From: Psammoneis japonica
Taxonomy: Eukaryota
NCBI GenBank assembly: GCA_008632985.1
Contig: QPGO01000118.1
Coordinates: forward strand, 224,227-265,276
Direction of reading: 5' to 3'
DNA: 41,050 nt
Shown here: positions 23,291 to 35,069 of the stretch, in pieces
How positions within the stretch are numbered: the stretch's first letter is position 1
How the letters are laid out: each line of letters starts with the position of its first letter
Program-made: the position numbers and the translations under genes
Notes under the pieces: model-generated
The model's input: only the letters and a program-made list of their open reading frames with translations
Told to the model about the DNA's origin: nothing
Databases searched by the model: none

Positions 23291-24804
23291 ATGGTCACGC
23301 AGACACGAACCGCGGCTGCTCTAGCTGCCTCTGTTGCAGCTCCCGCTGCAGCACCCGCTGCAGCTCCTACCACTGCTGCTGCTCCGGCAACAGCACCTGC
23401 TCCTGCAGCCGCTCCAGTTGCTCCTGTACCTCCCCCAGTCGTTCCTCCCGGTGCACCTCCAGGAGGAGGTGGCGGAGGAGGTGGAGGAGGAGGCGGAGGT
23501 GGAGTCCCACCAGGTGGAGTCCCGCCAGGTGGACCACCATTGGCACCTGTGCCACCACTGCCGATCTTCGCGTTGACTCCAGGTCAACACCGTCCCAACA
23601 ACTTCATCGACTACGGCACATCGCAAGGCCTCAAGCTTTGGAACGCCGCTACTGCACCGCTGCCGCACGAGTTCAACGGCGATTCAGAAGGTCTCAAACG
23701 GTTTTGTGAGACACTCAGTCAACGAGCTGCCGAGGCAGGATGGAAAACAGGGGCAGGAGACACACTCACCATTCCCGACGTGAATGGAACTCCACGAGAT
23801 CTCATCTCCGAGTACGGACTACTCACTCTACAGGATGTTAGAACCCACGCGAACACCTTCGCGAATCTGCGAATCTACCTACGAGACAAGCACAGAACAA
23901 TGTGCAGATGGCCGAGGCGATCTCTCAATCCCTTACGGAGGAGGCAAGAGACAAGATATTGGCTGAGATAGATTCCTACACGATCAATGGAAATCAAATC
24001 GGCACACTATTCTTCAAGCTACTTACGCAAAAGGCCATCGTTGACACACGCTCTACCACCAACTACTTCCGCGAGAACTTGTCAAGCCTGGATACCTACA
24101 TGGCGGCTGTTAACTCGGACATCGAAGAGTTCAACAAGTACGCCAAGCTCAACGTTGATGGACTCCAAGCTAGAGGAGAGCAGTGCGACGACCTTGTCAT
24201 GAACCTATTCAAAGGATGCGCCGCAGCTGCTGACGAAGTGTTCGTCAAGTACATCATGTTATACAAGGACAGGTGCGACGACGGTGAGGAATTCACGCCG
24301 ACGCAAATCATGACGTTGGCACTGAACAAATGTACTAACCCCAAGCGCGAGAAGAAGTGGGGAGCACCATCACCGGCTGAAGAGCAAATCGTCGCGCTTA
24401 CAGCCAAGGTAGACTCCATCAAGGATCAGAACCTTCAGCTATCTAAAGCTTTGAAGGCCAAGGCTGGTTCAACCAAGGAAAGAAGCACACGGTCAAGGAA
24501 GACCAAGACCACTCCACGTCAGAGACAGAAAGCGGACGAAGCCTGGAAGAAAGTCCCGCCTAAGGAGGACGCTCCTAAGAAGACAGTGAACGGTCACCAA
24601 TACTATCACAAGCGCGTCAACAATCGCGACTATCACTGGTGCCCACATCACACTGCTTGGGTCATACACTTACCTGATGATCCGGGCAACCAAGGCTGTA
24701 GACTCCGCAAGCAACAGTCTGCTCCATCCACAGACACGTCGGACAAGAAAGTCTCCTTCGCAAGTGCTATCTCTACCATCCTAAACGAAGTGGATCAAGA
24801 GTGA
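23291..24804 (+). pseudogene. Copia-1 gag with an Ala/Pro/Gly-rich N-terminus, frameshifted by an 8-bp duplication
   Basis: ORFs 23291-23971 and 23902-24804 join as FANLPTRQAQNNVQM once one GCGAATCT is removed; YHWCPHHTAWVIH knuckle-like motif. Confidence 0.85.
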
Positions 24805-27800
24805 CTGCTCTACAGGTTCACTCTGACACTGCTGCTGTCCTTGCAGATAGCCGTCACTGTGTCAGTGCTCCTGATAGCGGTCGCTGGCGTCATGAAATGT
24901 GCAGCACCGATCTGGATCATACTACTATTCATGATGCTATCCCTTCCTTCAGAAAAGTGTAAGCGCCTGTCACATGCCGTAATGACGCTGGGTGAGTGGG
25001 TCATCTCACATATCCTGGCTGAACTAGGCACAAGACGAGTTAAGACTTACCAGCGACGGCCAACGACGAGGTACTGCGCACGGTATCATACGTCGACGAG
25101 GCCAGGTCACCGCTCCAGAGTGGCCACCAAGAAGGCTCACTATGTCATTACGCGATACAAGACGGTTAGAGCGTACAACTCAACCACACCACACCGTCCC
25201 GAGCGAACGGAGCCCACTTACGATTCGGACTCATTCGTAATCGGTGTCGACTCGCATTCTTCCTGCACCATGTCCAACGACGAGGCACACTTCATTGGTC
25301 CTCTTCGCAAATCCAACAAAGTGGTACTCGGTGTCAAGGGCTACTTACGTGCTAAGGGAGAGGGAACAGTGCATTGGGCAATTGAGGACGACATGGGACG
25401 AGTGCACAGCATCAAAATTCGAGACGCGCTACTCGTACCGGACTTACCTCACTGTCTTCTCTGCCCGCAGCAATGGAGCCAACAAGCTAATGACCACACG
25501 CCAGAGCCTCACGGAACCGTATCTTGGACTAGGGACGACGGACTATTACTCATGTGGGATCAACGCAAGTATCATCGCCTGATTCCATGGTCCGCCAACT
25601 CTAACGTCGCCAAGATGCGCTCCGCACCCGGTTCAACAAATACCGGACCTTTGCAGCCGCTGTCGAAGAACAAACCGATATCGAAACTATCGAGCACGTG
25701 GCCTATCAAGCTCACATCATACCACCAGACGACGAGAGTATTGCGAATGATGACGAGGCTGCAATTGATACAGACGTCTTCAGAAGTCCATCCGAGACAC
25801 GTCCTTCCGAGACGCAAGACGCACGCAACACTACTGATGAGGATGCTCCTGTCTTATTTGAGCCAACAGACGGAGCAAGTCGTTCAGACTCAGACGAGGA
25901 AAACCTAAGGGATTTCACGACACCGGAGGTACAGCAGGACTTACCGGAACCCATCAACATCATACAAATGATGACGCCCTTGCTGCCACAGATGACCAGG
26001 GTGAACTATTGCGTTGGCATTACCGCCTGGGCCACATGCCATTCAAAATGATAAAGCTATTGGCCGCCCTAGGCATTCTACCGAAACGCCTTACAAAGGT
26101 ACACAACCCAAAATGTGCCGGCTGCCTATACGGTGCCATGACGAAACGACCATGGCGCTCCAAGTCCAAGCGGAACCGACGAATCCACTTGGCAACTTCG
26201 CCTGGAGAAGCCGTATCTGTCGACCAGCTCGAGAGTCCTACTCCTGGATTGATCCCACAGCTCAAAGGGAGACCTACGAAACAAAGGTATCGAGCAGCGA
26301 CAATTTTTGTTGATCATTTCAGCGGATTGGGATACATATATTGCAGAAAGGACTTACCTCAGCCGAAACGCTCGAAGCCAAGCACGCTTTCGAGGCATTC
26401 GCACGCCGGATGCACGTCCGTATTCAACACTACCACGCCGACAATGGAAGATTTGCTGATAATGCTTTCATACAAGACGTCAAGAAGCAACAGCAAACAA
26501 TATCCTATTGTGGGGTCAACGCCCACTTCCAAACGGCATCGCGGAGAAAAGAATAAGGGACCTCCAAGAGCAATCTCGGAAGCAACTCCTGCATGCAAAA
26601 GTGAGATGGCCAACGGCTATTGAGTTGAACTTATGGCCAAGCGCTCTCAGGAACTCAAACGAGATCAAGAATCACTTACCGAATCACGAGGACGGTTCTT
26701 CTCCGCTGGAACGTTTCTCGTCCGTCAAGGTCCAGCCTAATCTCAAACAACACCATACCTTCGGCTGTCCCGTCTACGCCTTGCACAACCGGTTGCAGGG
26801 AGGAGGTAGGCTGCCTAAGTGGGACCCAAGGGCAAGGTTAGGAATCAATTTGGGACCATCAACAAGACACGCAGGTTCAGTTACCTTGGTTTTGGATTTG
26901 CAGACCGGACTCGTATCGCCGCAATTTCACGTACAATTCGACGACTTCTTTGAGACCGTTCGCCCTTTTGCTGGGAATCCTTCTACATTCTCACAATGGC
27001 AAGGCATTACAGGTTTCAGACAACTCAAGACAAGGAGTACTTTCAACATCTTTGGGAAATCAAGTGACGTACCGGTTGAGGGATCAGTCCCTACCACAAC
27101 GGAACCACCTGAGCCGAATTCGGATGTCCCGTCTCAGCTGCTGCATCCTACTGATACGTCTACCACTGATGACTCATTTGATAATGCCCAACCGGATGAT
27201 GAAATGCTATACACGCCTCCAGATGATTCTGACGCACCATCTGAGCCACAGCGCACTATGGGTCAACCCAGTACCAGTAGGTCCGGCCGACAACGACGCC
27301 CGACCGAAAGGATGCGCGAGAGCCAACTACAACGGGCTCAAGGCATTGTCTCCTACAATGCAGAGGCAGAGGCATATTATGATGCGATGCACGAGGATGA
27401 TTACAAACTGCAGGACGATATGGACTCACCTATCTCTTTTCTGGCGAGCTCGGACCCCGACACCATGTACTTTGATCAGGCTATGCGTGAACCTGACAGA
27501 GACGAATTTATCAAGGCCTGTGTTAAGGAGGTCAATGATCATATTGAAAGGAAACATTGGATACTCATTCCAAGAGAGGACGTACCTGACGATGTTGATG
27601 TTCTCCCTTCGGTATGGTCTATGAAGCGCAAAAGAGATATTAAGACCCAAGCCGTCTACAAATGGAAGTCCCGACTTAATGTGCACGGCGGAAAGCAAGA
27701 GTATGCTGTCAACTACTTCCAGACCTACTCTGCCGTGGTCTTCTGGTTCACTATCCGGCTCCTACTGATCATTGCCATTCTTAAGAAGTGGCATACACGC

Positions 27801-29059
27801 CAAGTCGACTTCGTTCTGGCGTATCCGCATGCCGATATCGAATATGATATGTACATGGAGTTACCTGCAGGAATTGAAACAAAATGTGGCAATGGTAAGA
27901 CTCATGTTCTGAAGTTGCTCAAGAACTTATATGGACAAAAGCAAGCAGGGAGAGTATGGCAAGAACACTTACGTGATGGATTGTTAAGGATTGGTTTCGT
28001 ACAATCGGCGGTTGATGAGTGCCTGTATTTTCGTGGCAATGTCATTTTCATTCATTATGTCGATGACGGTATCTTTGCATCCCCTGACAAGTCTGCTATT
28101 GACAAGGCGATACAGGATATCAGAGATGAGAATTTTGATATTGATGATCAAGGCACTCTGGACGACTATCTCGGTGTCAACGTCGAGACACTACCAGACG
28201 GCAGAATGAAACTTACCCAACCTCACCTTATCAATCAGATACTGGAGATGGCCAATATTCCAAAGAGACTACCAGATAAGTCTACTCCTGCTCCTTCCTC
28301 CAAGATCCTCCACAGGCATATGAGTGAGCCTGCTTTCCAAGGGAGCTTTCATTACCGATCCATCATCGGCAAGCTCAATTTTCTGGAGAAGAGCACTCGA
28401 CCGGATATCGCTTACGCGGTGCACCAAGTCGCACGCTTTTCTTCCGATCCCAAGGTTTCTCACGGTGAAGCCGTACTATGGCTCTGTAAGTACCTAAGGT
28501 CAACCAGAACTGAAGGTATTATACTACAGCCCTCAACGGACAAGTCCCTTGAAGTTCACGCCGACGCGGACTTTGTGGGCAATTGGAATAAGCTGACTGC
28601 ACCCATGACGTCGGCACTTCCAAATCTCGAACTGGGTTTGTCATCACCTATGCAGGATGTCCGATTGTCTGGACGTCCAAGCTACAGACTCAGATCGCGC
28701 TCAGCACTACTGAAGCTGAATTTATCGCTCTTTCGGAAAGTCTTCGAAGCGCCATCCCAATTATGAACCTCATTCAAGAATTTATGGATCACGGTCATAA
28801 TGTCCCTTCCAAGACACCAGTCGTACATTGTAAGGCTTTTGAAGACAATTCTGGAGCATTGGAGATCGCGAGATTGCCTAAGATGCGTCCTCGGACAAAA
28901 CACTTCAACCTCACTCTCCACCACTTTAAAGACCATGTTCGCAAAGGTCTCATATCAATCCTACCAATTGATACGGCGGATCAGATTGCAGACATTTTCA
29001 CCAAACCTCTACCACAGAATCTCTTCGTTAAACACAGGAAATCGCTCCTTAAGTGGTAA
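24805..29059 (+). pseudogene. Copia-1 pol (PR, IN, RT, RNase H) with about five 1-nt deletions
   Basis: IGVDSHSS, WHYRLGH...CAGC, VSVDQL, HYHADNGRF, NGIAEKRIRDL, QVDFVLAY, LYGQKQAG, HYVDDG, TRPDIAYAV, ALSTTEAEF, FEDNSGAL, QIADIFTKPL. Confidence 0.93.
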
Positions 29060-29104
29060 GACGTTTTCGAGTCATCATTCCACCCGACATTGTTGAAGGG
29101 AGTG

Positions 29105-29446
29105 TGACAATATTCATATTTGCATGTTTTTACAACAACATCGGACCTCCACGATTCAATCAGAGATCCAAGATTCGAACCCCGTGTGCGATGCTCAGTC
29201 TCGAATCCCGCGGAAGCCGAGTCACGAATGCGATGTTTGTTCCTAGCTTCGCGCTTGTTTAACTTCGCGTTTCCTTTAGATGGCAGCTGCATCTGCTCAT
29301 AAAAACTGCTCATAATCTTTCTAACGTACTGATTATCACCTCTCAACTTTTGGTTCAATAAAGTTTGATTGATTGTTGTGTCGCAATCACAGCTTTTAAT
29401 CACTGAAAGTGCAGACGAATCTTAGAATTCTGGCTACTTTCCCACA
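29105..29446 (+). repeat. Copia-1 3' LTR (342 bp)
   Basis: Follows the PPT; matches the 5' LTR. Confidence 0.93.
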
Positions 29447-30294
29447 TCTCTACCTACATGACTGTAGTGTGAATGGCCAGTGTTCGGCCCTCTTTTGGAA
29501 AAAGTCGCCCTACGATCCACCTCAAGACCAGTGCTTTTGCATGCCATCCGTCGTTGGTAGCTGTGATCTTTTTCAACGTCTGCCCAAGTCTTCCCATGCC
29601 AACACATGGCCATCGTCATTTGTTGGTCGAAAGGGTACCAATTCCAAACTTCACATTGATTCTGCCGCGAGCTCCTTTTGGATGTACCTCATTTCGGGAC
29701 GAAAGCGCTGGGTCCTCTACGACCAAGCCGAACGGCCCTTTCTCTATGAGCACATTCAAACAAATGCCTTCATTGCCGATGTGCTCGCACTGAACAGCAC
29801 ATCTAATGCGGAGCACCAGTCCAAGATTTATGACTATTTCGATGCCACCTTCCCGTTGATTCGTACACAAGGCAAAGCCTATGAGATCGTTCAAGAAGCG
29901 GGACAGTTGATTTACATTCCACCCAATTCTCCTCATGCTGTGTGAGCAGCCCTTTTGTTCTGCAGCTGCATCTTGGAAAGCCTTCTGCAAGGCTGATCCA
30001 CAGGCATCCGTCACAAACAAGACTCGCTCAACCTTTCCATTGCCCCTTTTTCGTTCTTTTCGTTTCGTTCAGGGAAAACCTTGACGACGTGGTTGGAGTT
30101 GCCTTCAACAGCATGCCTCGAGCCGGTGTTGTGCAACACATTCATGAAGAAATTCATCATGAGCGGCGTTGTGATATGTCGAATTGTCACTTCGTTATTT
30201 GAAGGAAAACAAAAAGAAGAACGGCTTTAAGCCTGTCGAATCGGCAGATCCATTGCGCACCACTCTGGGTGAATTCACGGCTCAACACCAATGA
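29447..30294 (+). pseudogene. 5'-truncated JmjC/cupin-like 2OG-Fe(II) oxygenase gene with a GT-AG intron at 29942-30072
   Basis: WPSSFVGRKGTNSKLHIDS (HxD), SGRKRWVLY, QEAGQLIYIPPNSPHAV|ENLDDVVGVAFN, joined in frame by the intron. Probable frameshift near 30175; begins abruptly at the LTR end. Confidence 0.8.
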
Positions 30295-30349
30295 GGAGGA
30301 CATGTGTCGGCTTGCAGACAACAGAACAGCATTCATAATTCTAAATTTA

Positions 30350-32600
30350 CTTTGCCACATCCGGAATGTTGTCTCTCATTTTGAACTAAAAACAGAGTTA
30401 AAGAGCCCATTGAGAAGAAGTGGGAACAGCAGCAGGAGGCACAGAGGAAGCTGCAGAGGCGGAGGAGCAGAAGGGACGCATGACGAAGTGTGTGGGGCGA
30501 CGAGCAGAAGGGATGGGAGATGAGGTGGTGTGGAGGGAGGGAGGAGAGAAAGCGCAGAGCATGAGGGGGGGGGGGGGGGGATGGCAAGTGATGTTGCACC
30601 CGAGTGTTTGAATGGCCCACTGGGATGGAGAGGAGGAATGGCAAGTGCTGCCAAAGCGCTTGCTGGAAATGCGATTCCAGGCGAAATCAGCAGATGTGAG
30701 GAGCGGGCTGACAGAGAAGTTAAGGTGTGAAGGAAGGCCAAGCAGGAGGTGTCAGAGCTGCAAAGAGCAGAGGAAGAGGACCAAAGGGGTCAGGCTGGGA
30801 GCAAACAGAGGAGAGCAAAGAGGAAGCGATGGCAAAAGAAGCCGAGAGTGCCGAGGTGATCATCAGCAAAACAAAGGAGAAAGATGCCATCATTGTTGAG
30901 CAATGCAACAATGAGGGAGCTGTCAGATGAAGGAGTGGAAGGTTCAAGAAACTTTGATCTCAGGCTCAAGTGGTGTGCCTCAGTTCCAAACAGCAGGGGA
31001 AGAGGAACATCAGGCAGGCCAGAAGGAGGGCGAGAGGGAACTTGGGGGGGGGCGATGACAATGGTGTTGTGGTGATGGCAGGAGGGAGTGGAAAGGGAAG
31101 AAGGAGAGGGCATGGAGATGCCAACATTGGCGGGGTGGGGCGGAGGAGTGGGTGGCGGGTGGAAGGAGATTTGAAAGGGTCAGCATGAATGTCACTCTTG
31201 GAGGAGTGGCAAAGTTTTGCAAGGGGCCCCAAGGTGTGTTGAGATGCAACAAAGACTGTGTCACAAAGACCATTGGAGAGCTTGGACCAGTGGCAGCCCT
31301 GCTGGCAGGAGAAGGCATGGTCACCACAGGCATGACTGCAGGTGCAGAGCACACTGACAAGGAAGGGGGGAAGGGCAGGGAGGCAGTGCTTGCACTGGGT
31401 GATGACAGCACAGGCATCAGAGGCAAGGCAAGAGCACTGAAAATGGTGAGAGAAGGAGTGAAGAGGGAGACCAGTCAGTGGAGAAAGGAGAGAATGCAAG
31501 GAGAGACTTGCACACTGGGAGGAGCATTGGTGGAGGTGTGCTTCTGACAACCATGATGGAAATGGCACACCAGGCCAGGGATGACAGCAGATTTGACTGG
31601 AGTGGCCAAGGAAGAGCTGGAAGAAGAAGAGTTGGAGGTCAGGATGGAGACAAAGTGACAAAATGGCATGCAGAGGTGAGGGGTGGAGCAGGGATTGTTC
31701 CAGGAGGACAGGGAGAGCTTGGGGCTGCGTGTGTGTGTGGGGGGNNNNNNNNNNNNNNNNNNNNNNNNNNNNNNNNNNNNNNNNNNNNNNNNNNNNNNNN
31801 NNNNNNNNNNNNNNNNNNNNNNNNNNNNNNNNNNNNNNNNNNNNNNNNNNNNNNNNNNNNNNNNNNNNNNNNNNNNNNNNNNNNNNNNNNNNNNNNNNNN
31901 NNNNNNNNNNNNNNNNNNNNNNNNNNNNNNNNNNNNNNNNNNNNNNNNNNNNNNNNNNNNNNNNNNNNNNNNNNNNNNNNNNNNNNNNNNNNNNNNNNNN
32001 NNNNNNNNNNNNNNNNNNNNNNNNNNNNAAGTTGGCACCAAGGAGATGAGGAGAGGAAGGAACAAAGCAGTGTTGCTTCAAGAGCTGGGCTTGAGTCTGC
32101 TTGTCATTGGGAGGTGGGCAAGGAGTTTGTCAACCTTGTCAGAGAGGGTGGAGGACACATCAGAGAGAAAGAAGTTGGCAAAGTCTTTGGAAGAGCCAAG
32201 GGGCCAGCCAAAGAAGCAGATGCCAAAGGTGAGCTCAGGGTTGTGAGAGGGATCATTGGCAGGGTTGATGAGAGAGGAGGAGCAGCTCAAGGAGAGCTGG
32301 CTTGAGAAGGAGGAGAGCAGGGGTGGGGCTGACCACCAGGTTGACCCCAGTGATTGAAGCAAGGATCTTGGTTTTGCTCAGGTTGAGCTTGATGCCATTG
32401 GGAGCACCAAGGGCAGCAAAGCACTCAAGAAACCACAGGATGGTGGAGTGAAGCAGGAACACATGTGCATCGTCAATGCAGGAGAGCCAACAGAGAGGTC
32501 AGGGAGCAGCCGGGGGGGTGTCAAGGCAGCTTCTCCTGGTTCAAAGAGCAAAGGACAATGGTCCCATGTGTGTCTGCATGTTGGCAATTTCACGTGGTCA
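30350..32600 (-). mobile_element. Degenerate non-LTR retrotransposon (CRE/R2-like: RT, CCHC and REL remnants), 5'-truncated, spanning the gap
   Basis: CIDD (former YxDD, 32469-32480), FAALGAPNGIKLNLSKTKIL, GICFFGWPLGS, CGDHAFSC...NGLCD, RPANV-like remnant at about 31125. Confidence 0.7.
31745..32028. other. Assembly gap (284 N)
   Basis: Run of N. Confidence 1.
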
Positions 32601-33557
32601 ACCCCCACACATTTCTCCAAGCTCCAGCTCCATGGCTCTGGCGCACTTCCATTTTGAGAGCTGCGCGCATCTCTCTCAAGTGCCTGTCATTCCAGACCAC
32701 AGAGTGCCCAATTTTCAAGTGCCAAAAACAACAGCAAGGTGTGCAAGATCCTCTCTGTTGACAAAGTGTTGTGCAACAATGCTGCAGCCCAACTCACAAG
32801 CATGCCCTGCAGCAGAGGGTGATCACAAATGGGGCCTTCATGCTCAGGCCAACTTCTTGGCACTCTCATTCACCCATCATGCTGTGTCTAACCTTCTGGC
32901 ATTTGCAGTCACAACCACTGAGTGAAATCTTGCTCCTCACTTGCTCATTGCTTTTTTCTTGCCTCTCAGCAGCACAGGCCAGGTTGAGACAGCCACTGTG
33001 AGTGTGACACAGTGCTGAAGCCAAACACCCTGTGCTGGGTGGCAACAACCCAAATCCATCAAAGCATGTGATGTTTGGTGTGCTGTCAGAGCCATTGCCA
33101 AACAACAATGACAACACACCTGTTGATCCAGAGTTTCCAAAATGGCAATTGTGTGTTGTGTGTGTTGAGTGCATGTAAAATTTGCAATCTCAGCTTGCAT
33201 GCGTGACCTCACTCATGCCAAATTTCACTGGCCTGACTTTGGAGAAAACAGCATGCATTGTGCAATTGTCATTGAGAAGAACAAAACAAGAAATGGGAAA
33301 ATGGGTGAAAGTGCCATTGACATGTCATGCCACAAAGTGGGACACCTCAATCACATTGTCAAACCCTTTGCCACACTCAAGCATTGCCCATGCTGCAACA
33401 TTTGATGAGAGCTGATGTGAGACACTCATGGCAGTTGCTGCAGCCAGGAGAGCTGATGACAGCCCACCCCAGGCTCGCCCCCTGGCATGACTTTAACAAA
33501 GATCTGCAGGACAGTTGTGGTGAGCCCCATCATCAGTGCATCACTGTGAGTGATGGC

Positions 33558-33620
33558 TGGCATTGTGCACATTGTTCCAATGAAAATTTGGATGTTGAAC
33601 TCAACATTTGCTCCATGTGC
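33558..33620 (+). pseudogene. RanBP2-type zinc-finger remnant
   Basis: WHCAHCSNENLDVELNICSMC resembles W-x-C-x2-C-x3-N-x6-C-x2-C with one extra residue. Confidence 0.45.
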
Positions 33621-33899
33621 AGCCAGATGCGTCATGGCAAATGGGTGTGAATGACATTGATGGGGAGGGTTTGGAATTTGAGTGTTTTTTTTAGAGTTCA
33701 AACAGTGAAGCAGCTGCTGAAGTGTGGACTGTCAAAAGATCTCATCACCATGCAGCTCTTCCAATCATCCTGTGGGTGGTTCACCTGTTGTGGAATCTGT
33801 GGTTTGTGTCAACAACATTTCAGTGGCCGATGGCAAGTTGTGGATGTTGACATTTCAAGTGAAATGTGAGCTTTTGAAGGAAGCCTGAGTGTTTTGATG

Positions 33900-34035
33900 C
33901 ACACTCCTCTTGATTGATGTCTTCTGTGTTGCCATCTTCACATTCAATGCAAAACATGGGTGATCCAGTTGCTGCATTCTTTGTCATGCATTTGACAATG
34001 CCGTTGCAAGAACGCCCTTTAAAGTGCTCAGAAAA
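33900..34035 (-). pseudogene. Tudor-like domain remnant
   Basis: FSEHFKGRSCNGIV...FCIECEDGNTEDINQEE resembles K.F.G..Y.G.V...Y.I.YEDGD.ED, with Tyr->Cys changes. Confidence 0.55.
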
Positions 34036-34090
34036 TTGGATGTTCACTGTGGGTTTCCAACACAGGTCTTTGGCTGGCATCTTGCCATTT

Positions 34091-34608
34091 CCATTCTCAG
34101 AATCATCAGGACTGGAGAGCCCGTGCTCACTCTGGCTTGGACAAAGAGGAGGAGAAGGAAATTTCACCATTTTTTCCCAACTCTCAAGTGATCCACTCAG
34201 CAATGCTTCCAATGGCATGTCCCTTGCATGCCCTTTGACAGATCAGGGTTTCCATTCTTGGAATTGTCAGGACTGGAGAGCACACCCTCACTCTGGCTTG
34301 GAGGAGGAGAAGGTGAAAGAAAAGCCACCATTTTCTCTGACTCAGACAATCCATCCAGCAATGCTTGTTCTGATGGCATGCCCCTTGCATGCTTTGGCAG
34401 ATCATGACCTCCATTCTTGAAGTCATCAGGGCCAGAAAGTCCATTCTCACTCTGGCTTGGAGGGGGAGAAGGCAAAAGAAAAGCCTCCGTTTTCTCTAAC
34501 TCAGGCAATCCATTCAGCAATGCCCCTGATGACATTCCCCTGCACACTTTGATGGATCAGGGTTTCTGTTCTCAGAATCGTTGGGGCTGGAAAGTCCATT
34601 CTCACTCT
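34091..34608. repeat. Tandem repeat, about 160-bp unit, about 3.3 copies
   Basis: Units start near 34091, 34252, 34411 and 34566 (ccattct...ctcactctggcttgg...cagcaatgc). Encodes PSPPPSQSE repeats on the minus strand. Confidence 0.85.
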
Positions 34609-34789
34609 CACCCACCTCTGTTTAAACTGCATCATTTGCTTCATTTGCACACACAACCTGCTCTGCACCCGCCACTCTTCTCATTGCCAGCTGCAACAAA
34701 GAGTGGCCAGGCAAGGGAAATGAGGAAACCAAAGATGACACCTGAGGCTCACAAGCAAGCAGAGAGTCTGTTGCATCAAGTGACAATGG

Positions 34790-35065
34790 TGACAGGATTT
34801 GAACAGGATTTGGGTGCGCGCAAAATGTCGCGCACTATTTAGTTTGCCACGCACAGTTTTGTGTGCTTTAGTTCCACGCGTTCGCGCGCGATGCAGTTTG
34901 CTTTCGAGCCACAAGGCTCACAAGAATGATGACAGCAGCCCAATTGTGCTGACTTGCATGTCTTTCGGCTCCTGCAACGGTCTCTGAGTGGAGACTCATC
35001 TGCCATTTAGACAGCAGCAAGGAGTCATTGTTTGAATTCTTGCCATTTGCCTTCAATTTCTGTCA
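34790..35065 (+). repeat. Copia-2 5' LTR
   Basis: Matches 38973-39246. Confidence 0.93.
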
Positions 35066-35069
35066 GATG

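Larger units (their letters stand above)
22872..29446 (+). mobile_element. Young Ty1/copia (CoDi-like) LTR retrotransposon
   Basis: Near-identical LTRs, PPT gaagggagtg (29095-29104), gag-PR-IN-RT-RH order; no TSD. Confidence 0.95.

Noticed and set aside
25640..28610. Programmed frameshifts in copia-1 pol
   Set aside because: About five scattered 1-nt deletions (near 25640, 25968, 26340, 26532, 28605) fall in or near conserved regions. They are more consistent with long-read consensus error or decay.
30966..32305. Long ORFs containing X
   Set aside because: They read through the N gap.
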